The notes beneath the pieces were generated by a model, which worked only from the letters and a program-made list of their open reading frames with translations, searched no databases and had not been told where the DNA came from. A program made the translations under genes and the position numbers. Below are positions 37,131 to 45,581 of a DNA stretch of 64,000 nucleotides, piece by piece; position 1 is the first letter of the stretch; each line of letters starts with the position of its first letter. Source of the stretch: an uncultured virus (IMG/VR IMGVR_UViG_3300032214_001084) (taxonomy: Duplodnaviria > Heunggongvirae > Uroviricota > Caudoviricetes); IMG/VR virus record IMGVR_UViG_3300032214_001084; one strand, given 5' to 3'.

Positions 37131-37496
37131 GTGAGCGAACGGGACTTACTTTTTGACCTCAGCTGTTTACAGAAGAGGTTTGCGAAGAAACGATTCCGTA
37201 AACAGATATTTGAAGATTGGGGGTGTTGCGCTTACTGCGGTAAGGAAAATCCAACGACGCTGGATCATGTGATCCCCAAAGCCCGTGGCGGATCCACCAC
37301 CCGTAAAAATTTAATTGCAGCCTGCGGCGACTGCAACATTTTAAAAAGTTCTGAAGATTGGTATTCCTGGTTCAGATCTCAAGACTTCTGGACGCTGGAA
37401 AGAGAGGATCGGATTCTGCGCTGGGTAAACCAGTCAGACGCCGATCCTCTCCCTTTGGTGCCTGTCTATTGGAGCCCAACCCCCGTGGCCGCCTAA
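37131..37496 (+). CDS. HNH endonuclease
   Basis: CAYCG...TLDHVIPKARGG.....NLIAAC..CN..K, intact motif. Confidence 0.88.
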   Translation: MSERDLLFDLSCLQKRFAKKRFRKQIFEDWGCCAYCGKENPTTLDHVIPKARGGSTTRKNLIAACGDCNILKSSEDWYSWFRSQDFWTLEREDRILRWVNQSDADPLPLVPVYWSPTPVAA

Positions 37497-37497
37497 G

Positions 37498-37677
37498 TTA
37501 TTTCTTAGCGGTTTTGGTGATGATGCCTGCAAAAAGTTCGACGATCTTGTACAGCTTGTTGTACAGCTCGTCGTCTTTTTTGCTGGGGGTTACGTTGACG
37601 ATTGCCAGGGCGAGCACATGAACAGCAGCCAAAACACCGACAATGTCGGTCCAGTTTTCAGAAATGTAGTGAACCAT
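37498..37677 (-). CDS. small holin-like membrane protein (59 aa, not in ORF track)
   Basis: MVHYISENWTDIVGVLAAVHVLALAIVNVTPSKKDDELYNKLYKIVELFAGIITKTAKK; TATACT box upstream. Confidence 0.6.
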   Translation of the reverse strand: MVHYISENWTDIVGVLAAVHVLALAIVNVTPSKKDDELYNKLYKIVELFAGIITKTAKK

Positions 37678-37721
37678 GGTTCTAGTCCAGTTAGTATAAT
37701 TCTAAGAGCATTCGTAGTCCT

Positions 37722-37982
37722 ATGCCCGCAATTTTGGACAAGGCTGTTAAGTCGATAATGGAAGAAAACCCTAAGATGAGTGAATCTAGGGCTTATGCGA
37801 TTGCGACTAGCCAGCTGCAAAAATCGGGCGACTTGAAGGAAGGAACTCAAGAAGCCACGAAGAAAGGCGACAGGCGTGGCGAGATGTCGAAAGCCACGCG
37901 GGCTAAGACGCGAGCCAGAAAATATAAGATTGAACGTGAACGAGGTAAGCGCGATGAGCGCAATACGGAGGGTCGCGACTAA
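37722..37982 (+). CDS. small basic protein
   Basis: AYAIATSQLQKSG.LK.GT...T.KG motif; TATAAT box at 37695. Confidence 0.65.
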   Translation: MPAILDKAVKSIMEENPKMSESRAYAIATSQLQKSGDLKEGTQEATKKGDRRGEMSKATRAKTRARKYKIERERGKRDERNTEGRD

Positions 37983-38206
37983 TGGCTGAAGTAGCAAAGA
38001 AAGAAAACCCCGCGTTGTGGGCGAGGGCTAAAGCTAAAGCCCGTAAGAAACTGGGAGGCCACTCTGCACGAGCCATGCAGCTAGCTACTAAGTACTACAA
38101 GGAGGCTGGCGGTACTTACGAAGGTAAAAAGTCTTCGGAAAATCGCTTGAAAAAGTGGGGTGATGAAGACTGGCAAACTCGCGAAGAGTACGAGAAGAAA
38201 AACTAA
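37982..38206 (+). CDS. small basic protein, N-half of a DUF5872-like family
   Basis: NP.LW...K...SAR.MQLA...YK.AGG.Y.G.K...N.LKKW..EDWQT. Confidence 0.6.
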   Translation: MAEVAKKENPALWARAKAKARKKLGGHSARAMQLATKYYKEAGGTYEGKKSSENRLKKWGDEDWQTREEYEKKN

Positions 38207-38634
38207 TGGAATACAGCACTCCTGTTAGATCCAAAGTATTTCTTGAAAAAGAAATTACTTCTCAAGCTTCTAGTTGCCCTTCAGCAACGCTAAACGTTGA
38301 AGAGAATACTAAAAACCGTAACTGGACGATAGATAAGTTTGCTTATGGGCCTTTAAACCCTGATTACCCCGATCCTGGATTTTGGGAGCATAAAGCTGAA
38401 CTTTGGAATACTGATGTAGAGCACGCTCAAAGTGCTTTGTGCGGCAACTGCGCAGCGTTTGATCAGTCACCGCGAGTTTTAGATTGCATACTCCAAGGAA
38501 TTAACGAGACGAAAGCAGCAGATCCGCGCGATGTACAGGAGTTAGCTGATTTGGGTTATTGTCAACTGTTTAAGTTCAAGTGCGCTTCGAAACGCAGCTG
38601 TGACGCGTGGCTGTACGGAGGGCCGATTCAATAA
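38206..38634 (+). CDS. Cys-rich hypothetical protein
   Basis: CP.AT, YGPLNP, CGNCAAF, LGYC...FKCAS.R.C.AW..GGPI. Confidence 0.65.
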   Translation: MEYSTPVRSKVFLEKEITSQASSCPSATLNVEENTKNRNWTIDKFAYGPLNPDYPDPGFWEHKAELWNTDVEHAQSALCGNCAAFDQSPRVLDCILQGINETKAADPRDVQELADLGYCQLFKFKCASKRSCDAWLYGGPIQ

Positions 38635-38849
38635 TGGCTGACCTAGCGCGAGAAAAGGGACGCACAGAACGCTACCTGCCTAAGGCCGCCTGGGCATCGA
38701 TGTCTGCTGAGGAGCGTCGCGCCACAGACGAAAAGAAAAAAGCGGCCACCCGTGGCAAGCCAGTGAACACTCACGTCGAGAACACTGAAGTCGCCAAGCG
38801 TGCCGGTCGCAAAGCACGCGCTTACAAACGCTCTAGAAACAATGGCTAA
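38634..38849 (+). CDS. small basic protein, C-half of a DUF5872-like family
   Basis: T.RYLPK.AW..MS.EE..ATD.KK......V.NT..AK.A. Confidence 0.6.
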   Translation: MADLAREKGRTERYLPKAAWASMSAEERRATDEKKKAATRGKPVNTHVENTEVAKRAGRKARAYKRSRNNG

Positions 38850-38982
38850 GCAAGGACCCTGCTGGGACGGATATGTCCAAGAAGGATACAAAAAGAAAGA
38901 TGGGCGTAGCGTACCTAATTGCGTTCGGGCGAAGAAGAAGGCTCAGTCTTATAAGAAGTCTCAACAGTCCAAGGGGCGCTGA
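38842..38982 (+). CDS. small basic protein
   Basis: PCW.GY...G.K.K.GR.VPNCV motif. Confidence 0.6.
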   Translation: MAKQGPCWDGYVQEGYKKKDGRSVPNCVRAKKKAQSYKKSQQSKGR

Positions 38983-39262
38983 GCCGCATCTCACCCCCGA
39001 GTAACTCTTGGGCTTTAGATCCGTCAGGTGGAAGCTCGCTATAGACGGGCTTCTGCTTCTCCTTTTCTTCCTCATCCCACGCCTCGTGGAGATCCTCAAT
39101 TTGCTTGTCGACGTCCTTCATCGCGACTTCGGCTCGGAACGCAGCCCAGTCGGGGCGGCAATAGTCGAGTATTCGTCTTACCCACGGCTTACGTTTGAGC
39201 GGGTACCACCTACATAGAAAAATAATTAGCTCGTAAATTAGGGCGTTTGTTTTGTTATACAT
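38915..39262 (-). CDS. hypothetical protein
   Basis: Ends in AQELLGGEMRL.APW, a cyanophage-like pattern. Confidence 0.5.
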   Translation of the reverse strand: MYNKTNALIYELIIFLCRWYPLKRKPWVRRILDYCRPDWAAFRAEVAMKDVDKQIEDLHEAWDEEEKEKQKPVYSELPPDGSKAQELLGGEMRLSAPWTVETSYKTEPSSSPERN

Positions 39263-39301
39263 GTCTTAGAATTTTTATATCGAGGCGTATTAAATCTAGC
39301 C

Positions 39302-39700
39302 ATGGCCGAAGTTACCTTCAATCGTGAGACGGGAGCCGCTCCTGAAGGAATTACGCGTTTCGGCCAGTTCCGCACCAGTGACGGCAGCAACGTAACTATT
39401 GGCAACTACCGGTCCTTTGCCGGTGACGGCGGTCTTGGTTTAGCTGATGTTTTTAGTGTCACCTTTGGCACTACGGGTACCGCGACTATCACCTTGGATG
39501 CCGAAGCCTTCGCTGTTAGCAAGGTTGAGGTTTATAAAGCTGATGGCACCGTGGCAGGCACTGCTGAAGCCCCTAAGCTGAGCCGTCGTTCGAGCTCTAG
39601 CTTTACTTACAGTGTTACTTCTGGTGATACTGGCACTCTCTATGTGTTCCGTACCGGGCGAAGCGAGACTGAATACCGTGTTACGTTAGCGGCTGCTTAA
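39302..39700 (+). CDS. putative structural protein
   Basis: Beta-rich; TAGAAT box at 39267. Confidence 0.55.
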   Translation: MAEVTFNRETGAAPEGITRFGQFRTSDGSNVTIGNYRSFAGDGGLGLADVFSVTFGTTGTATITLDAEAFAVSKVEVYKADGTVAGTAEAPKLSRRSSSSFTYSVTSGDTGTLYVFRTGRSETEYRVTLAAA

Positions 39701-39719
39701 TTAAAACTTCACGTCGTAG

Positions 39720-39763
39720 TCGGTCGGATTCTGTCAGAGTAGTTAAGGCAGGATTTGACCGAT
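39720..39763 (+). promoter_or_regulatory. RNA hairpin occluding the endolysin translation initiation region
   Basis: 16-17 bp stem 39720-35/39747-62 with four G.U pairs, including the A of the ATG. Confidence 0.55.
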
Positions 39764-40997
39764 GCGCGTCTCTCAAAAAGGTATAGATCTGATTAAAAAG
39801 TTTGAGGGTATTCGTTTAAAAAGTTATAACTGTCCTGCTGGTGTTCTAACAATCGGTTACGGCCACACAGGCTCAGACGTTTACCCAAATCAACAGATTA
39901 CAGAAGAGGAAGCAGAGCGACTCTTGCGTCGAGACACGGAAAGCGCTCAGCAAGCTATTAGCTCATTTGTTTCTGTAAAACTAAACCAGAACGAATATGA
40001 CGCGCTGGTCTCATTCGTATTCAATATCGGCCCGACTGCATTTGTTAACAGCACACTGTTGAAACTCCTAAACCACGGCGCTGATCGGAAGATCGTTGCG
40101 GGGGAGTTTGGGCGCTGGGTTAAAGCAGGAGGTGATCAACCTGTACAGGGTTTAGTACGCCGAAGGGACGCTGAAAAAGCTTTATTCTTAGAGAAGATTA
40201 AGCATCCTCTTTTGGGCAAGTCGATCCTGGCCAAACGCGACACTTGGCTCAAGCGACGCCCCGTGGACTCCGCAGCGCTATCGGCAGAGGAAAAACTGTT
40301 TGTACCTAAAAATAGTGCTTGGCAGTGGTACGAGATACGAATGTTTTCTGGTGAGACACACCAACGTGTATTCTTAGAAGCTCAGCCCGATAAAGAATGG
40401 TGGATATTTCCAGATCATTGGAAAATTATTAATGATGCTGAGACTCAAGAAGGTGCACCAGTACTAGATGGTGAAATTAAATTAACTGTACCTTACTTTA
40501 GTCAAAGAGATAATAAGAAAGATCCCATGCGTACGTGTTTTTCTAGTAGCTGTGCGATGCTGCTGGCTTCGCTAGATCCTGATGCAATTGAAGGCGATGA
40601 TGAATATATTAACGAAGTTTATAAGTACGGCGATAGTACAGAAGCTAGCGCCCAGATAGCAGCACTTAAACATTTTGGTGCAGATGCAAAATTTGTGCAG
40701 AACGCTGATTGGGCGTTAGTCGAGTCTCAGTTACAAAAAGGCATACCTGTGCCTATGGGCGTCCTGCACAAGGGACCAGTGTCTAATCCTGTAGGAGGAG
40801 GCCACTGGGTTTGCTGCGTGGGCATAACCGCAGATAAAACGAAGCTCTGGGTTCACGATCCGTTTGGCGAGATGGATCTTGTAAGTGGAGGCTACGTATC
40901 CACAGATGGTAAATACCGTCTTTACTCAAAGAAGAACCTCGGACCCCGTTTCTTAGTTGAAGGCGCCAAATCCGGCTGGATCATCCAAGCCAAGTGA
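39762..40997 (+). CDS. endolysin: GH24 lysozyme + C39-like peptidase
   Basis: LIKKFEG...Y.CPAGV.TIGYGHT, GLVRRR.AE; then VPYFSQRDN...CFSSSCAM...GGHW...VHDP.G. Confidence 0.9.
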   Translation: MRVSQKGIDLIKKFEGIRLKSYNCPAGVLTIGYGHTGSDVYPNQQITEEEAERLLRRDTESAQQAISSFVSVKLNQNEYDALVSFVFNIGPTAFVNSTLLKLLNHGADRKIVAGEFGRWVKAGGDQPVQGLVRRRDAEKALFLEKIKHPLLGKSILAKRDTWLKRRPVDSAALSAEEKLFVPKNSAWQWYEIRMFSGETHQRVFLEAQPDKEWWIFPDHWKIINDAETQEGAPVLDGEIKLTVPYFSQRDNKKDPMRTCFSSSCAMLLASLDPDAIEGDDEYINEVYKYGDSTEASAQIAALKHFGADAKFVQNADWALVESQLQKGIPVPMGVLHKGPVSNPVGGGHWVCCVGITADKTKLWVHDPFGEMDLVSGGYVSTDGKYRLYSKKNLGPRFLVEGAKSGWIIQAK

Positions 40998-41026
40998 GTT
41001 AGAGTGTGAGCCCCAACCAATTCTCC

Positions 41027-41260
41027 ATGCCGGCTGCTGAGTTCGACTACCTGAAGATCTTAGAAAATTGGTCTGTAGACGATGAGCAGAGTAAAGCTGA
41101 TTTCTTAGACGCTTTGTATGAATTTTATGCTCCTGGTAACGGGTGCTATACCGGTCTATTTCAAAGGTTTCAGTCGGATATTGCTGAATTCTGCCGTCAT
41201 CTTGTGACTCGACGCGGCGTGGATGTAGCTGAGCTCTTTCGGGCTGGCTTAGAATTGTAA
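41027..41260 (+). CDS. hypothetical protein
   Basis: FLD.LY..Y......YTGL motif. Confidence 0.5.
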   Translation: MPAAEFDYLKILENWSVDDEQSKADFLDALYEFYAPGNGCYTGLFQRFQSDIAEFCRHLVTRRGVDVAELFRAGLEL

Positions 41261-41275
41261 AAACTTAGCGATCTG

Positions 41276-41509
41276 ATGGCGTATCAACGAGATTATAAAA
41301 AAGAATATGAGAATTATGATGGTACTGAAAAAGTAAAGAAACGCCGCGCTGCTCGTAATAAAGCGCGACGCTATATGATGCGCGTAGGGAAAGCCCATAA
41401 AGGTGATGGTAAAGATATCGACCACAAAGATGGAAATCCCCATAACAATTCGCCCAGTAATTTGAGAGCTATTGACGCCTCTCGAAATCGTACTCGTAAC
41501 CCAGATTGA
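41276..41509 (+). CDS. minimal HNH endonuclease
   Basis: RAARN.ARR...GDGKDIDHKDGNP.NN..SNLR....S.NR. Confidence 0.75.
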   Translation: MAYQRDYKKEYENYDGTEKVKKRRAARNKARRYMMRVGKAHKGDGKDIDHKDGNPHNNSPSNLRAIDASRNRTRNPD

Positions 41510-41523
41510 GTTAAACTAAACTC

Positions 41524-42036
41524 ATGAACGGTCAAAACTTCTTACAGCGCCCAGGTGGGCTTGGCCCCATGGCTGATCGGGTGAGACCACTCGGCAGTCT
41601 GGCGACGGGTGTACCTGCGCTCTATCAGAACACCCCTGAGATGATTGAGTTGAATCGAGCTACTCAGCTCGATAACGTCAATCGCGTATACAGTCAGTAT
41701 CAGCGAGATCGTGGTGAGTACACCCGCGAACCCGTGGGTCCCACAGATGTGCAAGCTAGTAATATCGTTCCTAGCCAGCAGTTGACAGGGCCTGCCGGCT
41801 ACAACCATCGGGACACTTTAGTTATTCCCGATCGCGCTGCTGACATGAGCAAAGGTGAGTATCTGGTTAAAACTCAGAACACCTTAAATCCTGAGTTTCG
41901 TAATCAACTTAAGATTTTAACTTCGACGCCGCAGCAAAACTTCTTGAATGCGCCTGATCCTACGATGGCGCTGATGCCTAACAGCTACAACACTGGCGGA
42001 ACACTACCGCTTCAGCTTCCCACAAAGCGCAAATGA
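41524..42036 (+). CDS. hypothetical protein
   Basis: 170-aa ORF. Confidence 0.55.
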   Translation: MNGQNFLQRPGGLGPMADRVRPLGSLATGVPALYQNTPEMIELNRATQLDNVNRVYSQYQRDRGEYTREPVGPTDVQASNIVPSQQLTGPAGYNHRDTLVIPDRAADMSKGEYLVKTQNTLNPEFRNQLKILTSTPQQNFLNAPDPTMALMPNSYNTGGTLPLQLPTKRK

Positions 42037-42173
42037 TGACCCGAGAGGCTGATACCGTTCGTATGGCGGGCATGAAGCTCGGTTGGGGTCCTGCCGATTT
42101 AGCTCGGATGGTGTCGAATCCCAGCGAGATCACTGCTAGGCTGCGCTACAGCCAGACGTTCCCCCGCAGCTAA
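42033..42173 (+). CDS. small hypothetical protein (46 aa, not in ORF track)
   Basis: Coupled at both ends (ATGA with the upstream ORF, TAATG with thyX). Confidence 0.5.
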   Translation: MMTREADTVRMAGMKLGWGPADLARMVSNPSEITARLRYSQTFPRS

Positions 42174-43984
42174 TGCAGCTTCACACTGCTGATCTGGATT
42201 GGATCACAAGTGACGCGGAAAAAGTAATAGCAAGACACGCTAGGGTTTCTACTAAAGATCCTGATCGTGCTGAGTATGAGAAACTTTTAACGTACTGTAT
42301 CAAGCACTCACACTGGAGCGTATTTGAGCAAGCATCTGCGAGCTTTGAAATATCAACAACTAGAGCAATTTCACCACAAATCTTGAGGCATAGGAGCTTT
42401 GTATTTCAAGAAGCTTGTATTACGGGGGACTCCCTCATTTCTTTTGAGTTGCCTCACGGACATACAAAAAATAAAAGAAGCCACTACACAAGATCTATTT
42501 CATACTTATATGATAAGTTTCATTTTGGGGCAGCACCTATAAACTCCCGGTGGGACTCAGAAGATAAACGCAGAATCCCACTAAAAGATCGAATTCAAAA
42601 TATGCGTATTCGAGTCTTCGATCAGAACACTAACGAGTTCATAACTAGCAATATAGTAGATATATATAAAACTGGTGTTAAACCATGTTATGAAATTAAA
42701 TTCTCTAATGGTAAAAAAATAAAGAGTACACTAGACCACAAATTTTTAACTAAAAGTGGGTTTGCCCCTCTTAAAGAAATACTAGATTTACGAGTGACTT
42801 CTAATAATACTGTCGCCATCCCTATCGAACGTGCGGACACACTATTTGCTACTAACGGAGTACCTGTTTATCAAGATAAAGATTGGCTTCAAAAAACAAA
42901 AGAAATTTGTATCGCTAACGGTACTGGGTTAGAAGGAATAGCGAATGCGGCGAGCTGCTCTCCCAACACTATTCGTAAATGGTTAAAAAAACACTCTATT
43001 TGTTTCACCAAAAAAGAAGTAGCTTCTTATACACCTATATGGAATAAAGGCTTGCGGTATAAAGGTAAACCTATGTCTGAAGAAACGAAAGATAAACTTC
43101 GTGCCAAAGCTCGTCGAGGATCTGATAGTAATTTATGGAGAGGAGGTGTTGATCGAGCCGAGAGGCAAAAAATATGTGACTTTATTAGTCAGCACCGACG
43201 AAAATTGTTGGAGGATGCTTGCTTTAAATGTAAAAAATGTGGATCTAATAAAAAGTTAGAACTGCATCATAGATTACCTGTTTACTCTCATCCAGACAAA
43301 GCTTACGATTTGTCGAATATAGAAGTTCTCTGTAAAGAGTGTCATTCTCGTACACATGGTACTGAAGGTCATCGTGTTGAATGGAGGCATCGTAGTAGTG
43401 GTAATAAATTGACTGCGCGTTGGACTACCGTGGAGTCTATTACTTATCTAGGGTTACTAGATACTTATGACTTAGAAGTAGATCACGACTCTCATAACTA
43501 TGTCGCAAACGGTGTAGTTGTTCACAATTCTCAGCGCTATTGCAACCCAAATGAAACTCTAGATGTAGAGGAGAAGCCTTTTCAGTTTGAACTCCGATTT
43601 CAAGCTCAAAAGAATCGGCAAAGCAGCGTAGACCGGCTACCGGTTTACATGTGTGAATCGTTCTGGGACCGGTTAGAGATTATCGACAGTCAGATCCAGG
43701 AGCTGTACAACGAGATGCTTAACGCAGGCGTGGCTCGTGAATGTGCTCGTAATATTCTCCCTTTATATACACCAACCCGTATGCACATGAGCGGTACAGT
43801 GCGTAGTTTTATACATTATGTGGGTTTACGGGGTAAAGACGATACCCAAAAAGAGCATCGTGAGATTGCTCGTTCGATTGGGTATCGCCTAGCTCGCGAG
43901 CTTCCGACTGTTGTTAAAGCGATCAAGCAATCGGAAGACCCGTCTCTTAAGGGATGGGATTTTATCCGCTACCTGCCCCAGTAG
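42173..43984 (+). CDS. thyX: flavin-dependent thymidylate synthase, intein-containing
   Basis: HWSVFE, RHRSFVFQEA|SQRY signature split by the intein, ARECARNILP, Q.EHR.IA. Confidence 0.93.
   Translation: MQLHTADLDWITSDAEKVIARHARVSTKDPDRAEYEKLLTYCIKHSHWSVFEQASASFEISTTRAISPQILRHRSFVFQEACITGDSLISFELPHGHTKNKRSHYTRSISYLYDKFHFGAAPINSRWDSEDKRRIPLKDRIQNMRIRVFDQNTNEFITSNIVDIYKTGVKPCYEIKFSNGKKIKSTLDHKFLTKSGFAPLKEILDLRVTSNNTVAIPIERADTLFATNGVPVYQDKDWLQKTKEICIANGTGLEGIANAASCSPNTIRKWLKKHSICFTKKEVASYTPIWNKGLRYKGKPMSEETKDKLRAKARRGSDSNLWRGGVDRAERQKICDFISQHRRKLLEDACFKCKKCGSNKKLELHHRLPVYSHPDKAYDLSNIEVLCKECHSRTHGTEGHRVEWRHRSSGNKLTARWTTVESITYLGLLDTYDLEVDHDSHNYVANGVVVHNSQRYCNPNETLDVEEKPFQFELRFQAQKNRQSSVDRLPVYMCESFWDRLEIIDSQIQELYNEMLNAGVARECARNILPLYTPTRMHMSGTVRSFIHYVGLRGKDDTQKEHREIARSIGYRLARELPTVVKAIKQSEDPSLKGWDFIRYLPQ
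42416..43528 (+). mobile_element. 371-aa intein with HNH endonuclease
   Basis: Starts CITGDSLI; block B TLDHKFLT; ends YDLEV...HNYVANGVVVHN|S; internal CKKC...LHH...N...LCKECH; AT-rich relative to flanks. Confidence 0.92.
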
Positions 43985-44093
43985 ATACAGCCGCTAAAAG
44001 TATTGATGGCCTGAGCGTGAGACGTCTCATAAGGACGCAACAGAGGCTCAGGCTCTATCACTAAACATACTAGCGATCAGACTACTGTGCCAA

Positions 44094-44164
44094 GGGTCGT
44101 GCCGGAATCGAACCGACTTTCTAAGTGCGTTGTCCGCCTGTCCTTACCAATAGACTACCGACCC
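44094..44164 (-). tRNA. tRNA-like element with aberrant anticodon arm
   Basis: Acceptor GGGTCG/CGACCC, D arm GTC-TATTGGTAAG-GAC, T arm GTCGG-TTCGATT-CCGGC; anticodon arm only GCG-GACAA-CGC; no encoded CCA. Confidence 0.6.
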
Positions 44165-44185
44165 GTGACAATTTAGTGAAAGCGA

Positions 44186-44410
44186 CTACTGAGCAAAGGC
44201 TTCAAGCTCGTCTGCGAGCGCGTAGAGGTCGGAGACATCGACTACCAACTCATACCAGCCATCGCCATGAGCCTCGTAGGAGTACTTGGCTGCGATTTCT
44301 CGAATTGCGGAGACAATAGCGGGCAAATAGTGCCACTCCTCAGGCTTACCGCTGGCTGCTCGGTTGAACGCCCAGAACACCTCTTGGGCTTGCGGTGAAA
44401 GTTCAGGCAT
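44186..44410 (-). CDS. small hypothetical protein (cassette)
   Basis: MPELSPQAQEV...L.ALADELE; paralogue of 44425..44649. Confidence 0.65.
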   Translation of the reverse strand: MPELSPQAQEVFWAFNRAASGKPEEWHYLPAIVSAIREIAAKYSYEAHGDGWYELVVDVSDLYALADELEAFAQ

Positions 44411-44424
44411 AGAAGTGAAGGTGA

Positions 44425-44649
44425 CTACTGGGCTTCAAGTTCAATAGCAATGGCCAAAAGTTCGGCGCGTATTGCTGATGCGTTTACAACACACCAAGAG
44501 TCATACGGAAGATGTGGCGCTGGCACTACCTGATCCGCAGCAGCTCGCAGGGCGGCGGCAATGGCCTCACGTTGATGATGCGGCTCTGAACGAGCCTCAC
44601 AGCAGAAGGCGTCGTACACCGCCTGCGCAGCAGGTGAAAGTTCAGTCAT
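44425..44649 (-). CDS. small hypothetical protein (cassette)
   Basis: MTELSPAAQAV...AAALRAAADQVVP...LLAIA.ELE. Confidence 0.65.
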   Translation of the reverse strand: MTELSPAAQAVYDAFCCEARSEPHHQREAIAAALRAAADQVVPAPHLPYDSWCVVNASAIRAELLAIAIELEAQ

Positions 44650-44986
44650 CGAGTTGCTCCAAAGCGCGGCGGATGGGGCTATCGGGTGCAATGTCCATAA
44701 CGTTTTCCCATTCGGCTAGTTCAGCCAACGCCTGCTCCTTCAAGCTCGGCGGGTTGGGGTTGGGGCGGCGGGCAGCGCGGAATGAAGGAAGCAAGTCTTG
44801 GTGGCCACACAGAGTCTGCTGCTCCAGCCACTCACAGCACGCCTCCAGCTCTTGGTCTGCGCCCCATTGGGCAGCGCGGGTGGCTAGGTAGGTGTGAGCC
44901 AAAGGCTGTGATTTCAGAAGTGTGCGCTCTTTTAGCCACTGCTGCACCAGCTCCGGCGGTGGGGTGATGGGATGTTGTTGTGTCAT
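44642..44986 (-). CDS. small hypothetical protein (cassette)
   Basis: HPITPPPELVQQW...AAQWGADQELEACCEW...PSLKEQAL, a picocyanophage-type ORF. Confidence 0.65.
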   Translation of the reverse strand: MTQQHPITPPPELVQQWLKERTLLKSQPLAHTYLATRAAQWGADQELEACCEWLEQQTLCGHQDLLPSFRAARRPNPNPPSLKEQALAELAEWENVMDIAPDSPIRRALEQLDD

Positions 44987-45005
44987 GGGTGATTAGTGGT
45001 AATGA

Positions 45006-45581
45006 CTACGACGGGGGAGCTACATTCTCCCAAGGACTTGGCTCCACACGAGGCGCAGGGGTTTTTGGCATAATGGCAGCAGCCTGCTGTAGTTGGATGT
45101 ACTGCAAAGCCTGCTTGTGTTGATCTAGTTCCGCACTAAGTTGCTGTGTCTGCGCTTCCGCCCACTTTCGTGCATTAGCAGTCAGTTCATCGAGTGCCGA
45201 TTTTGAGTGAGGGAAAGCAAAGACAGCTCCTCCTCCTTGTTTGACAGTTATTTTTTGTCCGTTTGTTGTTTCAGCTAATCCCGAAAGAAAAGCATAGGCT
45301 TGATCTCCGGGGATATTGGCTAACACGCTCAACTGCATCGGGTCGACGATCCCACGGTTTGATTCGTATAGGGTCGCGAAGCAAGCTGTTACACGGTTTA
45401 GTGTCTCCTCGCTTTGCTTCTGTTTTAAAGCACGCTCTCGGGCAATGCCGGCACCGCCGATTAGACCGCCAGCAAAAGCAAAGGACGCGCCTACAAACTG
45501 AGGAGCCGTGATGGCCGTGGTGATTCCTACAGCAGCGGAAGCAACCACTGCCAAGGTCAGATTAGAGTTTAACCGGATCAT
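45006..45581 (-). CDS. membrane-anchored hypothetical protein
   Basis: Two N-terminal hydrophobic helices after ATG 45581. Confidence 0.55.
   Translation of the reverse strand: MIRLNSNLTLAVVASAAVGITTAITAPQFVGASFAFAGGLIGGAGIARERALKQKQSEETLNRVTACFATLYESNRGIVDPMQLSVLANIPGDQAYAFLSGLAETTNGQKITVKQGGGAVFAFPHSKSALDELTANARKWAEAQTQQLSAELDQHKQALQYIQLQQAAAIMPKTPAPRVEPSPWENVAPPS

Larger units (their letters stand above)
44072..45010 (-). repeat. four dispersed junction repeats (GCNCAG)TAGTC-N4/5-C[AG]CT
   Basis: Copies at 44072-90, 44175-94, 44414-33 and 44995-45010, each at a gene or tRNA boundary. Confidence 0.65.
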
